64,000 nucleotides of DNA from Deltaproteobacteria bacterium (GTDB lineage Bacteria; Desulfobacterota; Desulfuromonadia; Desulfuromonadales; Geopsychrobacteraceae). The translations under genes and the position numbers were made by a program. The stretch lies in the NCBI GenBank assembly GCA_024280485.1, contig JAJRQB010000019.1:3695-67694 (forward strand). Reading direction: 5' to 3'. Below are positions 1 through 8,285 of the stretch, one piece after another. Each line of letters starts with the position of its first letter. The stretch's first letter is position 1. Below the pieces are notes generated by a model, which was given only the letters and a program-made list of their open reading frames with translations, was not told the DNA's origin and did no database searches.

Positions 1-85
1 TTCACAAGGTCTATGTCGACAACATCAATGATTGGGCTCAGCCGATACGTGAAGGGTTCTCTTTGCGTTAAGAAAGAGAAAATTT

Positions 86-1102
86 ATGGCAAAAATGAAT
101 ATCGGCCGAAACGATCCTTGCCCATGTGGCATCGGCAAAAAATACAAGAAGTGCTGTCTGGATATGGATAAAACGGTGGCTACTGCTGAACCCATTGATG
201 CTGTTTTCAGTGAACTGCGGCAGGCGTTGGGTCAAAAAGAGTTTGATTCTCAGGAGGAGGTACAGGCTTTTGCCGATAGTTTCATGCAGCGTGCAAATCA
301 GGCTCCTTCCGACGATTTTCATGGATTGTCACCAGAGCAGATGGAGTCTCTTCTTAGTTTCCCGTATGATTCACCACCCTTGGTTTTACTTCCTGAAAAA
401 CTGGATTCTCTCCCTGAAGCACCGATTCTAACCTTGTTTAACCTGCTGGTAGAAGCCATTGGCGAAAAGGGGCTGAAATCGACCGCCAAAGGCAACCTGC
501 CACGCCAGTTTTGTCGGGATGCCGCGTTGGCTTTTATGGGTGATGAGGAATTCGCTGATTTTATGAGTTATCGTAGCATCAACAAGGAAGATGACTTTTC
601 CGATCTGCATATAACTCGTCTGGTCGCAGCAATGGCGGGTTTGATCCGTAAGTACAAAGGCCGATTTATCCTCAGTCGTGACTGCCGTCGTTTACTTTCC
701 AAAACGGGTCTGTTTGAGATCTACCCGTGTCTGTTTCGGACCTATGCTGAAAAGTTCAACTGGGGATATCGTGACGGTTATCAGGAGATACCTTTTGTCC
801 AACACTCATTTTTGTTCACCCTGTATCTATTGAATCGCTACGGTGACGACTGGCAATCTTCAGTCTATTATGAAGATTGTTTTCTGCGGGCGTTCCCTAT
901 GGTGCTTAATGAGGTGGAAGGCAGCCCATATTCTACCCCAGAGCAAGAGGTCAGCAGGTGCTATAGATTGCGCTGTCTAGTTAACTTTGCTGGGTTTCTG
1001 GGATTGGCCAAGGTTGAAAAAGTGGCGACTGACATAACCTATATATATGACTATCGCGTGCAAAAATTACCCTTGTTGGATAAGGTCGTTTTGTTTCGTT
1101 GA
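86..1102 (+). CDS. SEC-C motif (zinc-binding) domain protein
   Basis: 338-aa ORF. The N-terminal NDPCPCGIGKKYKKCC matches the SecA-type SEC-C metal-binding motif. I cannot assign the rest to a family. Confidence 0.7.
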   Translation: MAKMNIGRNDPCPCGIGKKYKKCCLDMDKTVATAEPIDAVFSELRQALGQKEFDSQEEVQAFADSFMQRANQAPSDDFHGLSPEQMESLLSFPYDSPPLVLLPEKLDSLPEAPILTLFNLLVEAIGEKGLKSTAKGNLPRQFCRDAALAFMGDEEFADFMSYRSINKEDDFSDLHITRLVAAMAGLIRKYKGRFILSRDCRRLLSKTGLFEIYPCLFRTYAEKFNWGYRDGYQEIPFVQHSFLFTLYLLNRYGDDWQSSVYYEDCFLRAFPMVLNEVEGSPYSTPEQEVSRCYRLRCLVNFAGFLGLAKVEKVATDITYIYDYRVQKLPLLDKVVLFR

Positions 1103-1155
1103 TATTTAAAAATTTAAGCTGTATAGGCTTTATTGCAACAACAAGAGGAGAAAAT

Positions 1156-1438
1156 ATGAAAGTTCTGGCGTTCAACGGTAATTCGCACACAGAGGGTAAC
1201 ACCTGACATGGGAAGATCTTCGGGGTCAGGAGGATCTTCGGTGACAGGCTTAACTTTCTGACATGCACTGCTAATTTCAACCTTTGCTCGCAAACAGATG
1301 AATGATCCCGACTGGCTGGAGAGTGTTTTTCGGATGATCTGAATTTCCTTTGTTGCGGTGCTGCTTATCACCACCACCTGCGCCTGGTTTCTGCAAGCCC
1401 ATTATCCCGAGATGGTTCAGCTGAGAGACCTGTTTTAG
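1156..1438 (+). pseudogene. Possible decayed remnant of a flavodoxin-like NAD(P)H-dependent FMN reductase / iron-sulfur flavoprotein gene
   Basis: An AGGAG RBS precedes ATG 1156, which encodes MKVLAFNGNSHTEGNT followed by TGA. This resembles the MKVLAxNGSPRKxGNT N-terminus of that family. Downstream pieces are in other frames (MNDPDWLESVFRMI*, ...LLITTTCAWFLQAHYPEMVQLRDLF*) and are far too short for a full gene. Confidence 0.3.
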
Positions 1439-1534
1439 TACGACAGATCCTCAAGTTCGGTCTATCCCCCTCATTTAAACCACTGCTATACTGAGCTCAG
1501 ATGTCTGATTTATCCGCTAGCGGAGTGATAAAGC

Positions 1535-1864
1535 ATGGGAACAGTAACGAATATTTTCAGTGTGAAATTCTCTGTAGGTGACCTGGTCCACCATCGTCTT
1601 TTCGGCTACCGTGGCGTCATTGTGGATGTTGATCCGACTTTCCAGTCAACGGAAGAATGGTACGAAGCGGTCGCAAGTTCGCGGCCCCCGAAAAACCGAC
1701 CTTGGTACCATGTGCTGGTTCACGACAATGACCATGCCACCTATGTTGCAGAACGGAATCTGGAGCCGGACGACAGTCGCGAACCTGTCAATCACCCTAT
1801 GCTGTATCAGTTCTTTGCCAGATTTGAAGATGGGAAGTATTTTCGCAAACAATCGGATAGCTAG
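1535..1864 (+). CDS. hspQ: Heat-shock protein HspQ (YccV hemimethylated-DNA-binding domain)
   Basis: 109-aa ORF with FSVGDLVHHRLFGYRGVIVDVDP...WYHVLV...YVAERNLEPD, typical of HspQ. GGAG RBS upstream. Confidence 0.85.
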   Translation: MGTVTNIFSVKFSVGDLVHHRLFGYRGVIVDVDPTFQSTEEWYEAVASSRPPKNRPWYHVLVHDNDHATYVAERNLEPDDSREPVNHPMLYQFFARFEDGKYFRKQSDS

Positions 1865-1944
1865 TGGAGTTCGAAGTACCAGGGGCAATATATATATCCT
1901 ATCGATGTTGAACCTGCCCCCTATCTTTCGTGAGAAGCCGACCA

Positions 1945-2289
1945 ATGAATTTTGACAGCTTACGCTCATACCTGATGCAAAAAACTGCCGCCGTCGAAGA
2001 GTTCCCCTTTGACACCATCACCCTGGTCATCAAGGTCAGGGGCAAAATGTTCGCTCTGGTCGGAACCAACGATGACCCCCTGCGTATCAACCTTAAGTGC
2101 GACCCGGCTAAAGCTGAAATACTACGCGAGCACTACCCGGCGATCATTCCCGGTTACCATATGAACAAACGCCATTGGAACACGGTGTTGCTGGATGGTT
2201 CTATCCCCGACGCTGAAATTTTCTCGATGATTGATGAATCTTACGACCTGGTGGTGAAGGGCTTGCCTAAATCGAAACGGCCGAAATGA
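1945..2289 (+). CDS. MmcQ/YjbR family DNA-binding protein
   Basis: The ORF-track entry starts at 1930, but ATG 1945 (MNFDSLRSYL...) fits the family N-terminus. FALV...INLKCDP...YHMNKRHWNTV is characteristic. Confidence 0.8.
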   Translation: MNFDSLRSYLMQKTAAVEEFPFDTITLVIKVRGKMFALVGTNDDPLRINLKCDPAKAEILREHYPAIIPGYHMNKRHWNTVLLDGSIPDAEIFSMIDESYDLVVKGLPKSKRPK

Positions 2290-2300
2290 TGAGTTGAAAA

Positions 2301-2452
2301 CATTGCGCGGGATCGAATCTGATCACTGCGGATTAGGATCAAAGACAGAGTTCTTGGTTGAAATCAGACCCTATCAGATTCTATCTGAACTTATCCCGCG
2401 GAAACCAAGCCTTAAGACCATTGCACGCGGATCAAATCTGATCACTTCGGAT
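2301..2452 (+). repeat. Pair of imperfect ~33-bp direct repeats in a convergent intergenic region
   Basis: cattgcgcgggatcgaatctgatcactgcggat (2301-2333) versus cattgcacgcggatcaaatctgatcacttcggat (2419-2452). A cttggtt/aaccaag inverted pair (2353-2359 / 2403-2409) lies between them. Confidence 0.6.
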
Positions 2453-2502
2453 AACTTCAGGTTACAAACAAAAAAATAACCTTTAGGTTAAATCAGGAAT
2501 TA

Positions 2503-3540
2503 TCAGACCTTATCTAACTCCAGCCAGGCCAGAGCGACATCGAGCATGCGGTTGACATAGCCCCACTCGTTGTCGAACCAGACCATCAGCTTGACCAGTT
2601 TGCCTGCACAGACGCGGGTCTGGGTGCCGTCGATGATCGCCGAGCGGGGGTCGGTATTGAAATCGATCGAGGCGTGAGGTTCTTCGGTATAGCCGAGCAG
2701 GCCTTGCAGCGAACCTTCGGACGCTTTGCGGAAAATGGCATTGACCGCTGCGGCGTCGGTTGCTCGCCGGACATTTATCGACAGGTCGAGTAGCGAGACA
2801 TTGATGGTTGGGATACGCAGGTGAAGAGATTCGATCCGGCCCTGCAGCTGGGGTAGCAGTCGTGCGATGCCGTGGTGTAATCCGGTCTCAACCGGGACCA
2901 TTGACTGCATGGCACTGCGGGTCAGGCGCAGGTCGGTATGGTGATAACTGTCGATGATCGGCTGATCGTTCATCACCGAGTGGATGGTGGTGGTCACCCC
3001 GTTCTCGATTTCAAGGTGCTCATCCAGCAGATTCAGGACCGGGACGATGCAGTTTGTCGTGCAGGAAGCGCTGGAGACGATGCGGTGACTGTGGTGTAAC
3101 TGCTGGGTATTGAAGCCATGCACAATCGTCGCATCGACATCTGCATCCGCCGGCTGTGAGAACAGCAGGCGTTTGGCCCCGCTGGCCAGGTGCTGTTCTG
3201 CCGTGGCACGATCGCTAAATGTTCCGGTGCATTCGAGGACCAGGTCGATATCCAGTTCACGCCAGGGGAGTCGTGCCGGGTGTTTCTCGTTGAGCACCCG
3301 GATAGGGTCACCGTTGATCAACAGATGCTGGCCATTGTTTTCAACAGTCGCTGGAAAGCGTCCATGGGTTGTGTCGTAGCGGGTCAGGTAGGTCAGGGTG
3401 TTGAGGTCGGTTAATTCGTTGATCGCGACGATCTGAAGTTTGCTGTGTTGCTGCAGACTGTAAAGCGCACGCAGGGCGCTCTGGCCAATTCGACCGTAGC
3501 CATTGATGGCGATCCGGTATTTTGCGGTTGAATTTTGCAT
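2503..3540 (-). CDS. epd: Erythrose-4-phosphate dehydrogenase-like member of the GAPDH family
   Basis: 345 aa with INGYGRIG, the catalytic SASCTTNC and WFDNEWGY. The Epd-type signatures VAINEL.D, LLFSQP...DATIVHG.N, DQ.IID.YH.DLR.TR and DGTQTRV resemble E. coli Epd more than GapA. Confidence 0.8.
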   Translation of the reverse strand: MQNSTAKYRIAINGYGRIGQSALRALYSLQQHSKLQIVAINELTDLNTLTYLTRYDTTHGRFPATVENNGQHLLINGDPIRVLNEKHPARLPWRELDIDLVLECTGTFSDRATAEQHLASGAKRLLFSQPADADVDATIVHGFNTQQLHHSHRIVSSASCTTNCIVPVLNLLDEHLEIENGVTTTIHSVMNDQPIIDSYHHTDLRLTRSAMQSMVPVETGLHHGIARLLPQLQGRIESLHLRIPTINVSLLDLSINVRRATDAAAVNAIFRKASEGSLQGLLGYTEEPHASIDFNTDPRSAIIDGTQTRVCAGKLVKLMVWFDNEWGYVNRMLDVALAWLELDKV

Positions 3541-3749
3541 AATAAATCTCTGGGTGCAGAGGGGGATGATGAGCGATCTTGCGCTGTGAACTGTCGGTGC
3601 TGATTGTTGTCTCTAGTGACGGACCTGTCAACCGGTTCTTTGGACTTGCGCTGGAAAGCGCTAATTGGCAGCGTAATGGTCCTGTTGTGTGGTCGTTTAA
3701 TAGGTGCTATTGTTTGACTAGTTATGCGTCATTTTTGGAGGTGTCCATT

Positions 3750-4022
3750 ATGTCCAGTCCCGTTTTTTCCGAGGATATCGTTCCTGTTTCAGATTTGAAG
3801 ATTAATCCCGCCCGGGTCATCACCTAGGTTGACAGAACGCACCGGCCAGTACTCCTGACCAGTCGTGGGCGAGGGGTGGCGGTGGTCCAGTCGGTGAAGG
3901 ATTATGAGGCCGACAACGAGGAGCGCGCCTTTCTCAAAGCGGTGGTGCAGGGGCTGATGGATGTCGAGGAAGGCCGTATAATCAGTCTCGCCGACGCCAA
4001 GAAGCGTCTGGGTCTGGCCTGA
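3750..4022 (+). pseudogene. Phd/YefM-type antitoxin interrupted by an in-frame TAG (3825-3827)
   Basis: GGAGG RBS, then ATG 3750 encoding MSSPVFSEDIVPVSDLKINPARVIT, then TAG. The same frame continues VDRTHRPVLLTSRGRGVAVVQSVKDYEADNEERAF...RLGLA*. The two parts together form a normal antitoxin fold signature. The stop lies 4 nt before the ParE start. Confidence 0.7.
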
Positions 4023-4026
4023 CCTG

Positions 4027-4326
4027 ATGGCAGTCAGGACGGCCGTCGCGTTTGCCGAATCGGCGTTGATCGATCTGGAAGAGCTTCGTCTCTGGTACGC
4101 CGAGCAGGGAGTGCCCGAGGTCGGAGAGCGTTTCGTTGCTGAGATTGTTGGACAAATAGAGCAGTTGGCCCTCTATCCCGCAAGCGGCCGTATCGTCCCT
4201 GAACTTGGCTTGGCTGCGGCACGCGAGCTGATTCATCCACCCTTCCGAGTTGTCTGTCGAGTCGGTGCTGACCGTGTTTGGGTCGTGCGTGTCTGGCGTA
4301 GCGAGCGGCTGTTGAAAATACCGTAA
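4027..4326 (+). CDS. parE: ParE/RelE-family type II toxin
   Basis: 99-aa ORF immediately after the antitoxin. A..DL.E...Y......P......F...I...I..L...P..GR.VPE......REL....FRVVCRV..D.VWVVRVW fits the ParE pattern. Confidence 0.75.
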   Translation: MAVRTAVAFAESALIDLEELRLWYAEQGVPEVGERFVAEIVGQIEQLALYPASGRIVPELGLAAARELIHPPFRVVCRVGADRVWVVRVWRSERLLKIP

Positions 4327-4746
4327 TTTGTCTATACCACTAAAAAAACATTGAATCTGTTCGTTACGTCTCAATTTTCGTTCTCATCCTCTAGCCTTTC
4401 CCTCCGTATCTGTCCGTATGGAATTAATCCCGTTATTAAGAAAGATTTGCAAAATAAAATATCAACAATCTACCATATCTGTGAACATATATATTGAGTG
4501 GTAAGTGGGTGGATTTACAGGATTCGTTGTTGTTGGCTTTAATGTAGTGCTAAAATACTTGCGTCATATGATAAGAGTAGAACGGCATTATACCTTGACT
4601 TTGCGTTATTGGTTCTGGTTTATTGTTGTCTCTATGTTGCCTAACTAGCTAAAATAATTACAAAAATTTAGTAACAATGAATATTTTTAGTAAGCTCGAA
4701 ATAATTTGGTCTTAGAAGGTTTTCAAAGTCAGAGGAGAGCATCTTT

Positions 4747-7700
4747 ATGTCAGTAACAAAGTTTAAACGAATTATGGTTGCTAATCGTGGTGAGATCGCT
4801 ATCCGGATCTTTCGTGCTTGTACTGAGCTGGGGATTGGTACGATTGCGCTCTACTCTGAGCAGGACCGTCTTTCATTGCATCGCTATAAGGCTGATGAAG
4901 CCTATCTGATTGGTAAGGGGAAAGGCCCGATTGACGCCTATCTCGACTATGAAGAGATTGTCGACCTGGCGCGTAAGAAAGAGATTGATGCGATTCATCC
5001 TGGTTATGGTTTCTTGTCTGAGAATGCTGATTTTGCCGAGGCCTGTGAGCGTGCCGGGATAGCTTTCATCGGACCGACTGGCGATATCATGCGCAGCCTC
5101 GGTGATAAGATGGCTGGCCGCGCTGTCGCTATGGCCGCCGATGTGCCGATTGTGCCGGGAACATCGAAGCCAGTTCAGACAGAGGAAGAAGCACTGATCT
5201 TCGCCAGGGACTGCGGATATCCGATCATCGTCAAGGCCTCAGCCGGTGGCGGTGGACGCGGGATGCGGGTTGTGCGTAATCAGCAAGAGCTGAAAGAGGG
5301 TTTGCGCTCGGCCGCCAGTGAGGCTGAGGCTTCCTTCGGTAACGCTGAGGTCTTCATGGAAAAGTATATTGAAGATCCCAAGCATATTGAGGTTCAGCTC
5401 TTAGGTGACAACTATGGCAACCTGGTGCACTTTTACGAGCGGGATTGCTCTATCTAGCGTCGCCATCAAAAAGTTATTGAGGTTGCACCTGCGTTGTCTC
5501 TGACCAAAAAGCAGCGAGAACAAGTTTGTAACTACGCCCTGGAGATTGGTAACGCAGTTAAATATCGAAATGCCGGAACCGTCGAATTTTTGATGGACGG
5601 TGCGGGCAAGTTCTATTTCATCGAGGTCAATCCGCGGATTCAGGTTGAGCATACCGTGACCGAGCTGATCACCATGCGCAACCTGGTTCAGGCGCAGATT
5701 CTGGTGGCACAGGGTCACAAGCTGGCTGATCCGGAAATCGGCATCAAGAGTCAAAAGGATATCGAATTACGTGGCGCAGCTATTCAGTGTCGAATTACGA
5801 CTGAAGATCCGACCAATGATTTTGCGCCAGATTTTGGCAAACTGAAGGTCTATCGCAGCGCTGCTGGACTTGGTGTACGCCTTGATGCAGGCAGCGCCTA
5901 TGCTGGCGCAGAGATTACCCCCCACTACGATTCAATGCTGGTCAAGGTGTCGACCTTTGGGCGCAATCTTGAGCAGGCTTCGCGAACGATGGATCGTGCG
6001 CTGCAAGAGTTCCGTATTCGTGGGGTTAAAACCAATATCAGTTTCCTTGAAAAGGTCATCACTCATCCCGAGTTTTTGGCGAGTAAGTGCAATACTTCGT
6101 TTCTTGATACCCATCCAGAGGTTTTTGTCTTTCCCAAAAAGCAAGATCGTGCGAATAAGGTTCTTTCCTATATCGGGCATACTTCGGTGAATGGTTATCC
6201 TGGGATTGCACCTGAGAAACGTTTGCATTCACGTGACCTGCGTGATGCCACTGTTCCGGAAATTCCCTATGGACAGGCGTTGCCGAGAGGAACGCGAGAC
6301 ATCCTGCGCGAAAAGGGTCCCGAAGGGCTCGCGACATGGGCGCGCAAAAATAATCATCTGCTTATTACCGACACCACCATGCGCGACGCTCATCAGTCTT
6401 TGATGGCGACCCGGATCAGAACAGCTGACCTTGAGCGGATCGCCGAAGCGACAGCACACTTGGGGGGTGGCCTCTTCTCTCTGGAGATGTGGGGCGGCGC
6501 GACTTTTGACGTTGCGATGCGTTTTTTGTGTGAAGACCCCTGGGAGCGCCTTGACCGTTTACGCGCCAAAATCCCCAACATCTGTTTCCAAATGTTGCTG
6601 CGCGGCTCAAATGCGGTCGGCTATACCAACTATCCCGACAATGTAGTGCAGGAGTTTGTAAAGCACGCGGCTCAGGGCGGTATCGATATCTTCCGTGTCT
6701 TTGATTCATTGAACTGGACCAAAGGGATGCGGGTCGCGATGGATGCGGTTCGTAAGGAGGGTGCCGTTTGTGAGGCCTCAATCTGCTACACCGGTGATAT
6801 CCTCGATCCGAAACGGGACAAATATAGCCTTGAGTACTACGTAAAAATGGCCAAAGAGCTTGAAACGATGGGTGCACATATTCTGGCGATCAAGGATATG
6901 GCCGGTCTCCTCAAACCTTTTGCTGCCGAAAAGCTGGTGAAAGCCCTTAAGAATGAAATCGGGATTCCGATTCACCTGCATACGCATGACACTTCAAGTA
7001 ACGGTGGGGCGATGTTGATGATGGCCGCTCAGGCCGGCTGCGATATTGTCGACGCAGCGCTCTCCTCGGTGTCTGGTCTGACTTCACAGCCCAATATGAA
7101 TGCGCTGTTGTCTGCTTTTGAAGGGTCAATCTGGGATCCACAACTTGACATGCCGGGCTTGCAGCAACTGGCTAACTATTGGGAAACTTGCCGGTCCTAT
7201 TACGAGCCATTTGAATCGGAACTGCGAAGTGGTACTGCTCAGGTCTATGAACACGAGATCCCTGGTGGCCAATATTCGAACTACAAGCCACAGGTTGAAG
7301 GTATGGGCCTGGGGCATCGCTGGGAAGAATGTAAGCAGATGTACCGTAAGGTCAACGAGATGTTCGGTGATCTGGTCAAGGTAACTCCTTCGTCAAAAAT
7401 TGTTGGCGACATGGCGATGTTTATGATTCAGAACAATCTGGAGCCCGAAGATGTCATGGCACGCGGTCATGAATTGACCTTTCCGCAGGGCGTCATCGAT
7501 TTCTTTAAGGGGATGATCGGTCAGCCCTATGGTGGCTTCCCCAAAGAATTGCAGAAGATTATCCTCAAGGATGAGGAGCCGTTGACCTGTCGCCCGGGTG
7601 AGTTGCTGGAGCCGGTCGATTTTAAGGCAAAAAAGGCTGAGCTTGAGAAGAAGCTTGAGCATAAAGTTTCCGATAGGGATGTTATGTCAGCGGTTCTTTA

Positions 7701-8199
7701 TCCCGGGGTCTTTGAGGAATTTGATCGTTTCCGTCAGACCTACTCTGATACTTCAGTCCTGCCAACGCCGGTGTTCTTCTATGGCTTGGATGTTGGTGAA
7801 GAAGTCACCATCGATATTCAGGAAGGGAAGACCCTGATCATCAAGCTTAACGCCATCGGCAAGGTACATAAGGATGGGACTCGAAATATCTACTTCGAGC
7901 TGAACGGTATGCCGCGCTCGGCCGTCGTAACTGACCTTTCGGTCGAATCTGAAGTGGCGATCCGAGTCAAGGCTGAACCGGGTAACGATAATCAGGTCGG
8001 GGCACCGATGCCGGGTAAGATCTTCAAACTTCTGGTGGCGGTCGGTGATGAAGTCAAGAAAGGGGAGACCCTGCTGGCGACTGAAGCGATGAAGATGGAG
8101 ACCAACGTTAAGGCGAAAATGACAGGCACAATTAAGGAGATCCTTTTCAACGAGGGTGAGTTGGTTGATCAGGCTGATCTGTTGGTGGTTTTTGAATGA
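4747..8199 (+). pseudogene. pyc: Pyruvate carboxylase: one continuous frame interrupted by an in-frame TAG at 5455-5457
   Basis: ORFs 4747-5457 and 5494-8199 are in the same frame. The junction reads YERDCSI-TAG-RRHQKVIEVAPA, where biotin carboxylases have the invariant CS(I/V/M)QRRHQK. Downstream are the carboxyltransferase domain and the C-terminal biotinyl motif EAMKME. Confidence 0.9.
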
Positions 8200-8257
8200 T
8201 GTTTCTTGAATGTTGGCGCTTTTAGCGCCTTCTAACTCGTGACTGCAATGTTGATTG

Positions 8258-8285
8258 GCCGACTCCGAAAGGAGTCGGCTTTTTT
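8258..8285. terminator. Rho-independent terminator between convergent pyc and ptsP
   Basis: gccgactcc-gaaa-ggagtcggc followed by tttttt. Confidence 0.75.

Noticed and set aside
3-71. A possible 3' end of an upstream plus-strand gene (...HKVYVDNINDWAQPIREGFSLR*).
   Set aside because: Only 22 codons are visible, which is too short to support a call.
5455-5457. TAG reassigned genome-wide (to Gln or pyrrolysine), which would explain the in-frame TAGs in pyc and the antitoxin.
   Set aside because: TAG ends many well-defined genes in this window at positions matching the normal family C-termini: hspQ (1862-1864), the TPR gene (26542-26544), the kinase (34803-34805), REC-DUF4388 (41748-41750), and both cytochromes (57700-57702 and 58845-58847). 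No tRNA with a CUA anticodon is present here. Local suppression cannot be excluded.
4747-5457. A natural two-subunit pyruvate carboxylase (separate biotin carboxylase subunit).
   Set aside because: The break lies in the middle of the ATP-grasp domain at an invariant motif. The downstream part has no RBS or ATG at the junction. Genuine two-subunit enzymes split after the complete biotin carboxylase domain of about 450 aa.
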